64,000 bases of DNA, from the NCBI GenBank assembly GCA_002269645.1, contig NIVC01001185.1, positions 62,001 through 126,000 on the forward strand. The letters are read 5' to 3'. The position numbers were made by a program, and so were the translations under genes. Within the stretch, counting starts at the first letter, position 1. Each line of letters opens with the position of its first letter. The notes beneath the pieces are model-generated. The model saw nothing but the letters and a program-made list of their open reading frames with translations, did not search any database and was not told where the DNA came from. The DNA comes from Macrostomum lignano (Eukaryota). Of the stretch, positions 13,001-24,829 are shown in pieces.

Positions 13001-14905
13001 TTTTACCTGCAATGACTCTGAAAGGACCCGTTTTCATCTGGGAAGCTTCTCACTCCAGCTTTAATTACAGTTGTTTTTATCGGTATCTAAACTGCCTGTT
13101 GCCCACTTCAGCTCAATGAGGCTGACGCAGTTTCCCTGGATGGCAGTCAGACGCAGAGCTTCAAAAATCGATCCCCAGCGGCCTCTTCAGCATCTCTTGG
13201 CAGCAGCAGCTACATTGGCCGGTACATGTCAATCAGCCCAGCTGATCAGGTGACTTTTCGGTTAGCAACTGCTAGAAATAATAACAGCAGCGACTGCCAA
13301 CGTACGATAACCCTAACTAGCACTTGGCAACAGTCGGCATTGGCCTACAAAGTGAAAACTACCTGCCCAGCTGACTACAGGGTCAAGCCTAGCGTTGGTC
13401 TGTTGGAGCCGGGAGCCAGCGTTTGCGTTGTAGTCACCTACAGGTGAGCTCGAAAATTTATTGCAAGCTCGAAGTTTGACTGTAAGCTCGAAGTTTGACT
13501 GTAAGCTCGAAGTTTGACTGTAAGCTTGAAGTTTCATTGTAAGCTTGAAGTTTCATTGTAAGCTTGAAGTTTCATTGTAAGCTCGAAGTTTTATTGTAAG
13601 CTCGAAGTTTTATTGTAAACCCGAAAATTCACTGTAAACTATTTTATCAACATCAACAAAGGCCGTCTTCAACGCCGCCGAGTCAGCCGCCGGCTCGCTC
13701 TGACAAGCTGCAGCTGCTGGCGGCGCCAGTTGAATCTGGCCTGTCGCGCGAGGCCTGCCAGGAGGCGTTGAAGTCCGCTCCGTCCGAGGCGCTGATGGAG
13801 CACCGGCTCCGCTGTCGGGTTGAGACGCCGAAACCGGCTGCTGGGTCGGCAGCGGCGGCATCTGGACGGCTGCCAGATGACCAGCAGTTGGCCGCTCTGC
13901 GCTCCGAGGTAAGCGAGCCGTCGTGTTCGACAGAATGATGAGGACTTTGCTGTGGCACGCATGCTTAAAACCGTTGATGCTGAACTACTGCAATAACTGC
14001 ATGAATATCCAGTACTGATTACAGACACTACTTTAGAGATCATGTTACTGAAACAGCATAAATTGAAAGTCTGCAGAAATATTTTTACAGACACTATTGC
14101 TGACACAGCTACAGACACTGCTACAGACACTATTGCTGACACAGCTACAGACACTGCTACAGACACTATTGCTGACACAGCTACAGACACTGCTACAGAC
14201 ACTATTGCTGACACAGCTACAGACACTATTGCTGACACAGCTACAGACACTATTGCTGACACAGCTACAGACACTATTGCTGACACAGCTACAGACACTA
14301 TTGCTGACACAGCTACAGACACTATTGCTGACACAGCTACAGACACTATTGCTGACACAGCTACAGACACTATTGCTGACACAGCTACAGACACTATTGC
14401 TGACACAGCTACAGACACTATTGCTGACACAGCTACAGACACTATTGCTGACACAGCTACAGACACTATTGCTGACACAGCTACAGACACTATTGCTGAC
14501 ACAGCTACAGACACTATTGCTGACACAGCTACAGACACTATTGCTGACACAGCTACAGACACTATTGCTGACACAGCTACAGACACTATTGCTGACACAG
14601 CTGCAGACACAGCTAAAGACACAGCTGCAGACACAGCTGCAGACACAGCTAGAGACAGTGCTACAGACACCACTCCAGACCCCCAAATCCTCGTCCCAAC
14701 GCCCTCCCCCCGGTAGGTAAGCCGTCTGTCTGGCATGGTCAGCCGCCTAGCGGTGCAGCAGTCGCAGCGCCTGGCCTACACCAAGTACAGCCTGTGGCTG
14801 CTGGCCTTTGGAGTTATTTTCTTGGCCTTTCTATTGGGCTGGAGCTGCGGCCGGCAGGCCGCCTCATCAAGTCATGCAGGCCCGCCACACTCTGCAGAGC
14901 TGTGA
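10032..14905 (+). CDS. MOSPD2: Motile sperm domain-containing protein 2 (CRAL-TRIO + MSP + C-terminal TM anchor), 6 exons
   Basis: Exons 10032-10077, 10747-11256, 11777-12030, 13112-13443, 13662-13908 and 14717-14905; all junctions are GT-AG and phase-compatible. Motifs: LFDMTNAG, VYYPGLL..YEMPWVLTAAWKVIRSWL, HMGGTD, AYKVKTT.P..YRVKPS.GLLEPG, MEHRLRC, and the TM segment SLWLLAFGVIFLAFLLGW. Confidence 0.88.
10546..10717. mobile_element. 172-bp hairpin MITE, hAT-type (8-bp TSD ACTGAGGG), in MOSPD2 intron 1
   Basis: ACTGAGGG occurs at 10538-10545 and 10718-10725. Ends are CAT...GCGCAAC / GTTGCGC...ATG. The arms pair over about 63 bp around a central AGTCACGTGACT. Confidence 0.85.
12050..12395. 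repeat. 38-bp minisatellite in MOSPD2 intron 3
   Basis: Unit AGGGAGATGTCGATTGTTGAATAAGGATGTCGGTTATT, about 9 copies. Confidence 0.9.
12460..12721. mobile_element. PIF/Harbinger-like MITE copy 1 (3-bp TSD CTG)
   Basis: TIR GGGCCTTTTCAT / ATGAAAAGCCTC, with CTG on both flanks (12457-59, 12722-24). About 200 bp is shared with 22155-22375. Confidence 0.75.
13446..13622. repeat. 19-bp minisatellite filling MOSPD2 intron 4
   Basis: Unit GTAAGCTCGAAGTTTGACT, about 9 copies, beginning at the donor site. Confidence 0.9.
14085..14670. repeat. 24-bp minisatellite in MOSPD2 intron 5
   Basis: Unit GACACAGCTACAGACACTATTGCT, about 24 copies. It produces the spurious TIADTATD/VSVAVSAI ORFs. Confidence 0.95.
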
Positions 14906-14934
14906 CCTCGGGGTAGTTGGGGTGGGTCGCTATT

Positions 14935-15097
<163 letters not shown>

Positions 15098-15494
15098 ATA
15101 ATATTTCAAACAGACTTAAAGATAATAGACTCGTTATATTTTCTATTGAGCTTGTATAATGTATATTTTTCGTTTTTTAGTGAATCAACTAAACAATAGA
15201 GAATATTGTCTTCAAAATCGATCATCAATATAATAATCATATCTATTTGCTTTGTACCGGCGCTTTCACAACACGGACTGGACTATAGAAGTCCGGCTCG
15301 ATTTGCCAATTGTAATTCAAATTCAGTTACATTCTACCAATCGGAGTTTTATTTTACTGTCAGATATTGACTGCCTTTGTGTTGCTAATTACTCATATAC
15401 TTCTCAAGGCCGGTTATTAATTGCATTCGATGTTAAATTTAACATCAGTCAGTGTGCAACTTTGCCTTAGTAAAATATCGATTTTTTAACCCCT

Positions 15495-16430
15495 CTGTCT
15501 TCTCCCGTCGTTCCCTCTGCCTTCCCCTCCGCCTTGCCCTTTGGCTTCCCCTCCGTCTTTCTCTATGGCTTCCCCTCCGCCTTGCCCTCTGGCTTCCCCT
15601 CCGTCTTTCTCTATGGCTTCCCCTCCGCCTTGCCCTCTGGCTTCCCCTCCGTCTTTCTCTATGGCTTCCCCTCCGCCTTGCCCTCTGGCTTCCCCTCCGT
15701 CTTTCTCTATGGCTTCCCCTCCGCCTTGCCCTCTGGCTTCCCCTCCGTCTTTCTCTATGGCTTCCCCTCTGCCTTCCCCTCTGCCTTGCCCTCTGGCTTC
15801 CCCTCCGTCTTTCTCTATGGCTTCCCCTCTGCCTTCCCCTCTGCCTTGCCCTCCGTCTTTCTCTATGGCTTCCCTTCTGCCTTCCCCTCTGCCTTGCCCT
15901 CTGGCTTCCCCTCCGTCTTTCTCTATGGCTTCCCCTCTGTCTTCTCCTCTGATTTCCCCTCTGGCTTTCCCTCTGCCTTATCGTCTTCCCCTCTGCCTTC
16001 CCCTCTGTCTTCCCCTCTGCCTTCCCCTCTGTCTTTCCCTCCGTCTTTCTCTATAGCTTCCCCTCTGGCTTTCCCTCTGCCTTATCTGCTTCCCCTCTGG
16101 CTTTCCCTCTGCCTTATCTGCTTCCCCTCTGGCTTTCCCTCTGCCTTATCTGCTTCCCCTCTGGCTTTCCCTCTGCCTTATCTGCTTCCCCTCTGGCTTT
16201 CCCTCTGCCTTATCTGTCTTCCCCTCTGCCTTCCCCTCTGTCTTCCCCTCTGCCTTCCCCTCTGACTTTCCCTCCGTCTTTCTCTATAGCTTCCCCTCTG
16301 GCTTTCCCTCTGCCTTATCTGCTTCCCCTCTGGCTTTCCCTCTGCCTTATCTGCTTCCCCTCTGGCTTTCCCTCTGCCTTATCTGTCTTCCCCTCTGTCT
16401 TTCCCTCTATCATCCCCTCCATCTTCCCCT
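15495..16430. repeat. Pyrimidine-rich composite minisatellite
   Basis: Nested units built from CTTCCCCTC[TC]G, e.g. GGCTTCCCCTCCGTCTTTCTCTATGGCTTCCCCTCCGCCTTGCCCTCT. Confidence 0.9.
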
Positions 16431-17034
16431 ATTTTATTTTTTTTTATTTCTTTGAAAATTTGCTATTTAAGCAACAACTTCAAGCCAAATTTTTTTCTCT
16501 CTTAAGAACGAGTTTTTGTAGATAAAAATGCGACTGGTCCTACTGACTTATTGATTTGCAGTACGAGTAGAGTGGTGAACGAATATTTTTTCGATAATTT
16601 ATAATCGATGCAATAGCGCTCAAGGTTTCTTCAGTAAAACAAACATAGATAAGATTATTTTTTGCAGCCCTTAATTTTTCTGCCAGCGCTCTGTTACTCG
16701 TGCCCTAGTAGTAGTGAAGCTTGTGTCACACTTCCTTTTCTACTTGAAGATTTTATAATACTTTGCAAATTCTGCATGCGAAAATTGAATTAAGTTTGAT
16801 TTGGTTCAAAATAAAAGTGCTCTTCAATTATTTATCTTTACAGTGTTGTCTTTCATTCTTTGTTTTTCTCATTTTTTCAAAATGGAAAAGTTTCGTTTTC
16901 AGCTAGAATAAGTAAACCAATCCCCTTTGTTGAAAATTCCCCTTGTCTGTGAAATTCCCGTTCTCAAAAAATTCCCCTTTTTAAAAAATATTTCCCATGT
17001 CGAAAATTCTCTGTGTCAAAAATTCATCACCTCT

Positions 17035-17620
17035 TGAATAATAAGATTCCCCTCTCTAAAGAATCCCCCTTTGATAAGACTCCCTTCTCCAAAGAATTCC
17101 ACTTTGATAAGATTCCCCTCTCTAAAGAATTCCCCTTTGATACGATTTCCCTCTCTAAAGAATTCCCCTTTGATACGATTTCCCTCTCTAAAGAATTCCC
17201 CTTTGATACGATTTCCCTCTCTAAAGAATTCCCCTTTGATACGATTTCCCTCTCTAAAGAATTCCCCTTTGATACGATTCCCCTCTCTAAAGAGTTCCCC
17301 TTTGATAAGATTCCCTTCTCTAAAGAATTCCCCTTTGATACGATTTCCCTCTCTAAAGAATTCCCCTTTGATACGATTCCCCTCTCTAAAGAGTTCCCCT
17401 TTGATAAGATTCCCTTCTCTAAAGAATTCCCCTTTGATAAGATTCCCCTCTCTAAAGAGTTCCCCTTTGATAAGATTCCCCTCTCTAAAGAGTTCCCCTT
17501 TGATAAGATTCCCCTCTCTAAAGAGTTCCCCTTTGATAAGATTTCCCTCTCTAAAGAGTTCCTTTTTGATAAGAATTCCCCTTTCTAAAGAATTCCCCTT
17601 TGGTAAGATTCCCCTCTAAA
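17035..17620. repeat. 33-bp minisatellite upstream of the CCDC138-like gene
   Basis: Unit GATA(C/A)GATT(T/C)CCCTCTCTAAAGAATTCCCCTTT, about 17 copies. Confidence 0.95.
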
Positions 17621-17674
17621 GAATTCCCCATTTCACTGCATGTCCTAAACAACCAGTCGCGCCTGGCAACTCTG

Positions 17675-20600
17675 ATGGCGGAAACGAAGCTGATGCTGGC
17701 GCCTTCGCCGTCGCCCTCGCCGTCGTCAAATATGTCAAAGACGGCAGCGGCGGCGGTCAAGCCTAAGAATCGGCGAAAACGCGAGAGCGAGTTCGCTAGC
17801 GACACCGACACTGACAGCGACGCCGACGGATCTACAGTCGACTTGAGCGTCGGCGAATTCGCCAAACTCGGCCGCGCAATGCAGGAACTGCGCGCAATCC
17901 ACGCCGCTCTTCGTCGGCAACGTCGGCAACTTCGCGCTCGCGAGGCGGCCCTAGCGGCCCGCGAATCGGCCGCCGTGGCGGAGGCCGAGGCCGCCGCCGT
18001 TTCCGCCGCTCGTGCCGAGGCCGACGAGCGGGCCCGACTGGAGCTCCGGCTGCTCGCCTCCGAGGAGGCTGGCGCGTCTGCTCGACGCGAATGCGCCCGA
18101 CTGCGCGACGCGTTCAAATCGGCTCGGGAATCGTCTGCGCAGCTGCGGCGCCAACTGGCCGAGGCCGAAGCCGAGCGCGACCGACTGGCGCGGGCCGAGC
18201 GCTCGCATCGCGCCCGATTGGCAAATCTTGGCGCCGATAATTCCAGCGCGATATCGTCATCGCCGTCGGCGGCGGCTCCTCCTTCCGCTAGGCGTCGATG
18301 CTGCGTCGATGCGGCCGGATCGAGCGGCGTCGATGTCGGAGTGCAGACTCCGGCCAAGTGGATGGCCGCCGCTGTCGCCGCTGCCGAGGCTGAGGCTGCG
18401 GCGCCCGCGGCTACGGCTGCCCTACAACTGGCCGAGGTGACTTGGCTGTGAATGTGGCATTTAATTGGTGAATGTGTTGTTTCTGTTGGTGAATACAGTG
18501 TTTGAGTTGGTGAATACAGTGTTTGAGTTGGTGAATGCAGTGTTTGAGTTGGTGAATGCAGTGTTTGAGTTGGTGAATGCAGTGTTTGAGTTGGTGAATG
18601 CAGTGTTTGAGTTGGTGAATACAGTGTTTGTGTTGGTGAATGCAGCATTTGAATTGGTGAATGCAGTGTTTGAATTTGTGAATGCCGTGTTTCAGTTGGT
18701 GAATGCAGTGTTTGAGTTGGTGAATGCTGCATTTGAATTGGTGAATGCAGTGTTTGAATTTGTGAATGCCGTGTTTCAGTTGGTGAATGCAGTGTTTGAG
18801 TTGGTGAATGCAGCATTTGAATTGGTGAATGCAGTGTTTGAGTTTGTGAATGCAGTGTTTGAGTTGGTGAATGCAGTGTTTGAGTTGGTGAATGCTGCAT
18901 TTGAATTGGTGAATGCAGTGTTTGAATTTGTGAATGCCGTGTTTCAGTTGGTGAATGCAGTGTTTGAGTTGGTGAATGCAGCATTTGAATTGGTGAATGC
19001 AGCGTTTGAGTTTGTGTCAAATGCAGTTTTATTCGGCGAAAACATAAACCTTAAAACTTGAATGTTTATTCACTTTAAATATCAAATATTTTGCTTGGCT
19101 TGTGATCTTTTTCCCCGTCAAAAAAGTGCTTCATCCAAATTCGCCCTCAGTCCCTGATCTCCTGGGACAACTCTGTCGGTCGCCTGGCCTGGTCGCCAAT
19201 TCCGAGTTCGCCATCGACGCCAACGCCTTCGCCGCGGCCTGTAGACGCCGAAGCCGCACTGCGCTGCATGCCGCCTCTGGTCGAGTTGCTCCAGCAGCGG
19301 CTCGGCTCGCCATCGACTCGACAGCGCAGTCAGAAGACGCATTCGGTAACCTTAGCAACAGCCTCGGCCAGTCTCCGCTTTCTTCATCGCCTGCTGTCCA
19401 CTGCTGAGCTGGGTGGCGCCGGACAGCGGGTCAGCGGCGCCGCTTGCGTTCGCCAACTGGCCGAATCGCTGGCCCAGCGCCTGCTGCCTCGTCGGGATCG
19501 AGTCGAGTGCGACCAGCTGCTGCTGCTGGCCTGTCTGCTGATTCTGCGCGCGTCGATTGGCGACTTTGAAGCCCGACAGCGGGCGGTCGAAGCGCTGCGG
19601 AAACGGCTGCTGGAGTCCAGGGAGGCCCGGCGCGTTGCCGTCAGGTATGCCTGTCCGGTGTCTGTCCGGTGCTTGTCCGGTGTCCGTCCGGTGTCTGTCT
19701 GGTGTCTGTCCGGTGTCTGTCTGGTGCCTGTCCGGTGTCTGTCCGGTGTCTGTCCGGTGCCTGTCCGGTGCCTGTCCAGTGCCTGTCGGTTTCTGTCCGG
19801 TGTTTGTCCGGTGCCTGTCCGGTGCCTGTCCGGTGCCTGTCGGTTTCTGTCCGGTGTCTGTCTGGTGCCTGTCCGGTGTCTGTCCGGTGATTGTCCGGTG
19901 CCTGTCCGGTGCCTGTCCGGTGCCTGTCGGTGTTTGTCCGGTGCCTGTCGGTTTCTGTCCGGTGTTTGTCTGGTGTCTGTCCGGTGCCTGTCCGGTGCCT
20001 GTCTAGTATCTGTCCGGTGTCTGTTCGGTGTCTGTCCGGTGTCTGTCCGGTGTCTCTCCAGTGTCTTTCCTGTGTCTGTCCGGTATCTGTCCGGTGTATG
20101 TCCGGTGTATGTCTGGTGTCTTGTTGGATTGTCTCTCCCGTGTCTTTCCCCTGTCAGTCCCATGGCTTTCCAGTGTCTATGCCGTGTCTGCCCAATGTCC
20201 TTCCGGAGTCTGTCGGTGTCTCCAGTTTCCGTCAAAGGAGGTCAATCCCGATGTCTGTCCGTTGTTTTTACGGTGTCTTTTCAGTGTCTAGTATTTTTTC
20301 CGGTAATTTCTGATGTTTGCCCATTGCCTGTCCGGTGTCCGGTGTCCGGTTTCCGGTGTCGTTTTGGTGTCTGCCGGATATCTGATTGTAGTGTCTGTCC
20401 GGCGTTTGGTTTGGTTTGGCTTGCCTGGTTCTTATCGAATGTCAAAGTGCAGTTACATCATTGTATATCTATTTTTTCACATTTGAAATGATTTATTTGG
20501 CAGGCTCACAGCTAACACAGATTTCATCTCTAAACAATCCCTAAACCCACAGATCCCTAGACGGCGGTCACTGGCTGCTGCTGGCGGTTTTGCAGTCGGC

Positions 20601-21081
20601 GGAGGCGCCCGCTCACCACTGGCCCGCTGCTCACCAGCGCGCCCTGCTGGACGCGGCGCTCTGTCTGGCCTGCGACGCCGAGTTTGGCGCCGAATTTTTG
20701 CGCCAACTCGTCGACGGAAGAATCGACAACGGCGTCGACGGTGGCGGCGACACGGCGACACGCCTGGCTGTCGGGCTGCTTCGCGTCGGCGCCGGCGTCG
20801 ACCGCGGCGTCCAAGAGCGCGCCGCTGTTCTACTGCAAAAAGCGCGCCGATACGTTGGCGCCAGTAGGCGCCATAATCGGCGCCATTTTCTTGCGCCGGC
20901 GGCCGCCGCGGAAGCGCGTCGACTGCTGGCTGGCGTCGGACCAGATGACGACTTTTTGGCTGTCAATCTTAGGGCAATTCTGCGCCCCGGCGGTGCCGAA
21001 GCTGATGAAGAAGAGGAGTCTGCGAGTGTCCGGGGCGACGCCAACTCGGACGAGGGGCAAGGGGGAGACTTGTCCGGTTGA
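17675..21081 (+). CDS. CCDC138: Coiled-coil domain-containing protein, CCDC138-like, 3 exons
   Basis: Exons 17675-18436, 19151-19644 and 20553-21081 (GT-AG; phases 0 and 2 match). The coiled coil RECARLRDAFKSARESSAQLRRQLAEAEAERDRLARAERSHRARLANL and the C-terminus LLRVGAGVDRGVQERAAVLLQK...PDDDFLAVNLRAIL resemble CCDC138 as I recall it. Start is uncertain (acceptor at 17655-56). Confidence 0.6.
18445..19015. repeat. 21-bp minisatellite in CCDC138-like intron 1
   Basis: Unit GTGAATGCAGTGTTTGAGTTG, about 26 copies. Confidence 0.95.
19645..20400. repeat. ~11-bp degenerate minisatellite in CCDC138-like intron 2
   Basis: Unit TGTCCGGTG(C/T)C, starting at the donor GTATGCCTGTCCGG and decaying 3'. 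Confidence 0.9.
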
Positions 21082-22154
21082 TTGACAGCGAAGAACTTTG
21101 GACCGATTGGTGGCCATTTAGGCATCCTGGGTTCGAATTCATCAGTTAAACGGCGCAAAATCAAATGAAATAGCAGCATCTCTAGCCTACGCGTTTACAC
21201 TGCTGATCAGCCTCTAAAATTTTAATAACCATGCAACACCAACTATTTGCTATCCGACTTCTTAATAGACTGACTTTATCAGTTGGAACACAAAATGTTC
21301 ATATCATTTTTCGGTGCCTCTTGTTTAAAATTGTTGTGCTACGAGAGTATCCTTCTTTTCCATTCCATTCCATTATTATTCGAGCTACTTGTCTGTTTCA
21401 CATTAAAATGCACTCAAGCTACGATGTGTATTCTCCTAGTACGCTCGTATGTGTACATGTACATTCCCTATCAGTAGTTTTTTCAGAATTTATATTATGT
21501 TATTAATCCATGCTTAATTAATAAATAATCATAAGCTGTCGTTTTACAAGTAAAATCATCAGTCGATTGGGGATTTATTAAATGCAAATGCAGAAGTGCT
21601 ACAAGAATACTTGTGGTCAGTACTATGGAACATATTGATTGCAACAAATCGTTGTTGCCAAAATTTATTACTGACAGTGCTATCACTGTCAGGTATCACA
21701 AATGCGTAGAAACGTAATGTTAAATAACAATACCAAGAATAAAGTTATTCACCCTTTACTCCATTTGGATAGCTTGCTTTAACGAGCCTGCACCGTACAT
21801 GTACTGTGTATATTGTATATCTAATTGTAATTATACGAAGGTGTTACCGACGAGGTCGTAGAATTGGTTTAAAAAGCCTGTTGCAAGATGGAAGTGATTC
21901 CATGCTTCTTATAGACATTTTATGGTTGAAGAGAATTATTATATCAATTCAAGATTGTTCAGATGAAATTTTAACAGATTCCATTACCGAAAAGCAGATT
22001 TGTATTAAACTATTTTTATTAGACAAAGTCATACAAATAAAAAATATTTTGTTTTGCACATCAGAATTCATAATTTTAAGCCCAATTCAGCACAGAAGCA
22101 ATGAAAATACATTATTTCTAGGTTTTAGGCGCTATTTTGAAATTTCGTATTAGG

Positions 22155-22375
22155 GGGCCTTTTCATAATAACCTTTTGTTTCCATAACTAGAGGGAGATG
22201 CGCGCTATAAAGTTTTTATTATTAAATGACAATCGCCAAGAAGAAAGTGAAAAATTGTGCTAAGTGAGTTTGTTAAGGCAGTCAAACATTCAACAGAATT
22301 AAATAGTTATACTGCTGTTTTTCTTGGAAGATCAGAACCGATTCTGATTCTGGAATTGGTAATATGAAAAGCCTC
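22155..22375. mobile_element. PIF/Harbinger-like MITE copy 2 (3-bp TSD AGG)
   Basis: Same TIR and body as 12460-12721. AGG flanks both ends (22152-54, 22376-78). Confidence 0.75.
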
Positions 22376-22462
22376 AGGGTGTGCAAAATTTACCTGTAAA
22401 CAGTGTTGGGCACCAGTCCGTTAATAAGCGTTAATCCGTTAATAAGCGTTAATAAGCGTTAA

Positions 22463-23638
22463 CCTACAGATATGACGGTTCACACTAAATTCCTAGGCTC
22501 CTTCTTTTCTAGTGGAACGATAGTCTATGGCCAAACCTCACTAAAAAACTAAGCCTGAGAACTCAAAACGAGGCCTGTTAACCGGTTAACAGGCCTAATA
22601 ACAAGGCCTGAGAACATTTTAGAACGACTATAATTTGTCAGTTAGTCCATTAGAAGTATAAACTATCAACAGCAGTAAAGACCGATTCATTCTTGCCGAT
22701 TTACTCGAACATGATTTCTACGCTGTTGGTGTCACCGTGGACAGTCATGCGCACCTTCTTGGTAGTACCCTCAGACACGACATCTTGCTCATTGGTCCGC
22801 CCATTAGACTCCACGGCTCCTCCGGCGTGTAGAGCGTAGGTCATACGCGAATGATCCTGGACGTCTAGCCGTATGTACCTCTCTATTGCGTTGGACGAAT
22901 GTCCAGTGACGCGGGTTATATCGTCCCTAGCCAGTCCAGCCCGATGCAACGTGCTGGCACAAGTCTTCCTTAGAGACTGGTTTGAGAATTTACCATCCGT
23001 AGACACGGGTTTGGTGATATTCGCCACATTAATTGGAGTCGAGAGTATGCCGGCCGATAGGTAGACACAGATAGACCGCAGTCGTCTCCATGAAGCAGTA
23101 GTTTGGTTTGCCTCTCCTGAAACCAGTCCTCAAATTGCTTTAGTGCCCATCGTTCCTTCCGGCGTGTCGATTCCGGCACAGCAGCGTCAATCCTTTCAGC
23201 AACCTCGTTATCGGACAGTAAAGCAAATCTAGAAGCCTCGTTTTCTCTCAGTTCAATGTCATTCAACCAGTCGAAAGCGAGTTCCAAGTCGTGTTCCATG
23301 ATTCTCAGTTCTCTCTGATTTCCTCTAGCTGCCCAAACCTTTCCTTTCTCGCTTTTAGCTCGTATTTTAAGCATCGAATCTTTTACTTTAATTTTTGTCT
23401 ATGGTTAAATGTGGGGGGCTGCGCCCCCCACACCCCCGCTTTTGACGAATACCTCTCTCCCACTCCCAGTCGCTTCCAATATCTGTAGATTAAGTACGAT
23501 CTTCGTCTGTTCTTTTGGTGTCTATGGCAGAAAGACCTCGGTCGCAATTCTAAGGCCTCGGCTTCGCCTCGGCCTGAGAACAGCGTCCTCGGCCTTTCTC
23601 TGCCATAGGAACCAAAAGAACAGACAAAGATTATATAC
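22463..23638 (-). mobile_element. Internally deleted Crypton-type (DUF3504/ZMYM-like tyrosine recombinase) element
   Basis: Minus-strand N-terminal piece (about 23299-23070: RFALLSDNEVAERIDAAVPESTRRKERWALKQFEDWFQER) and C-terminal piece (23027-22701: GKFSNQSLRKTCASTL..AG......TGHSS.AI.RY). It sits at a TTAA of the host MITE, with TTAA at both boundaries and one internal TTAA. Confidence 0.72.
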
Positions 23639-23945
23639 TTAAGATTTTTCATTAACGTTAACGGACTGTCGTTAAGATTTTTTGAACTAACGGATTAACG
23701 AATTTGCGTTAAAAATTTTGTGAATTAACGATAAATTCATCGTTAACGGTAGTGTCTATGTCAATGACCAAAGACGCAAAGAAGGAACGAAAAATAGAAG
23801 TCTTACAAGAAGTTTAAACATTACGAACGTATTTGAGCTGGCCTATATGTCTAAATATAATCTCTTTATTTATGACGATGATCATACAGACGTACATGTA
23901 ATTAACAACTTCTTACAAATAAACTTTAAAATAATGAATTAAAAT

Positions 23946-24829
23946 CAGTGTTGGGCACCGTTAATGAAAATCTTAACTTCCGTTAATAGCAAAAGCGTTA
24001 GCGTTAAAACAAAAAAATCTTAACTTTTTAACTCATAATTTCGTTAAGTTAACTGAAAGTTAACTGATAATCGTTAATAAGCGTTAATCCGTTAAAGTTA
24101 ACACAGAAAATACAGAAATCTTGCACGTTTTTTCCAAAACAGACTTCGTATTGCACGTCTAGTTGCTATTCCATCTTTTAAGCGAAACACAGAGGTCATC
24201 TAAGCGATTTGAAAGCTAAAAAAGTAATAAATAATCATTTTAAAAACTTGCATGCATAATACTACTAAAAGTAAAGCATATGGTAAAAAAAGAAACTTAT
24301 TTTATTTGAAACTTAAAAGCTAATAGCGAGAAATTCATAATTAAATACGCATAGGAAGGTTGTTTCAGTACCATTAGCAGGCGCAGCAGAAAGTTGCGAA
24401 AGATTGGGACAGAAGTGAATCAAAGCGATCGATGCTCACGCGCAAGAAATAAAGTTTCACACTATTTTAATTCATTATTTTAAAGTTTATTTGTAAGAAG
24501 TTGTTAATTACATGTACATCTGTATGATCATCGTCATAAATAAAGAGATTATATTTAGGCATATAGGTAAGCTCAAATACGTTCGTAATGTTTAAACTTC
24601 TTGTAAGACTTCTATTTTTCGTTCCTTCTTTGCGTCTTTGGTCATTGACATAGACACTACCGTTAACGATGAATTTATCGTTAATTCACAAAAGTTTTAA
24701 CGCAAATTCGTTAATCCGTTAGTTCAAAAAAATCTTAACGACAGTCCGTTAACGTTAATGAAAAATCTTAACGCTTATTAACGCTTATTAACGGATTAAC
24801 GCTTATTAACGGACTGGTGCCCAACACTG
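23946..24829 (-). mobile_element. hAT-type MITE family A copy 2, inserted in reverse orientation into copy 1
   Basis: Same TIRs. 8-bp TSD ATTAAAAT at 23938-23945 and 24830-24837. Confidence 0.92.
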
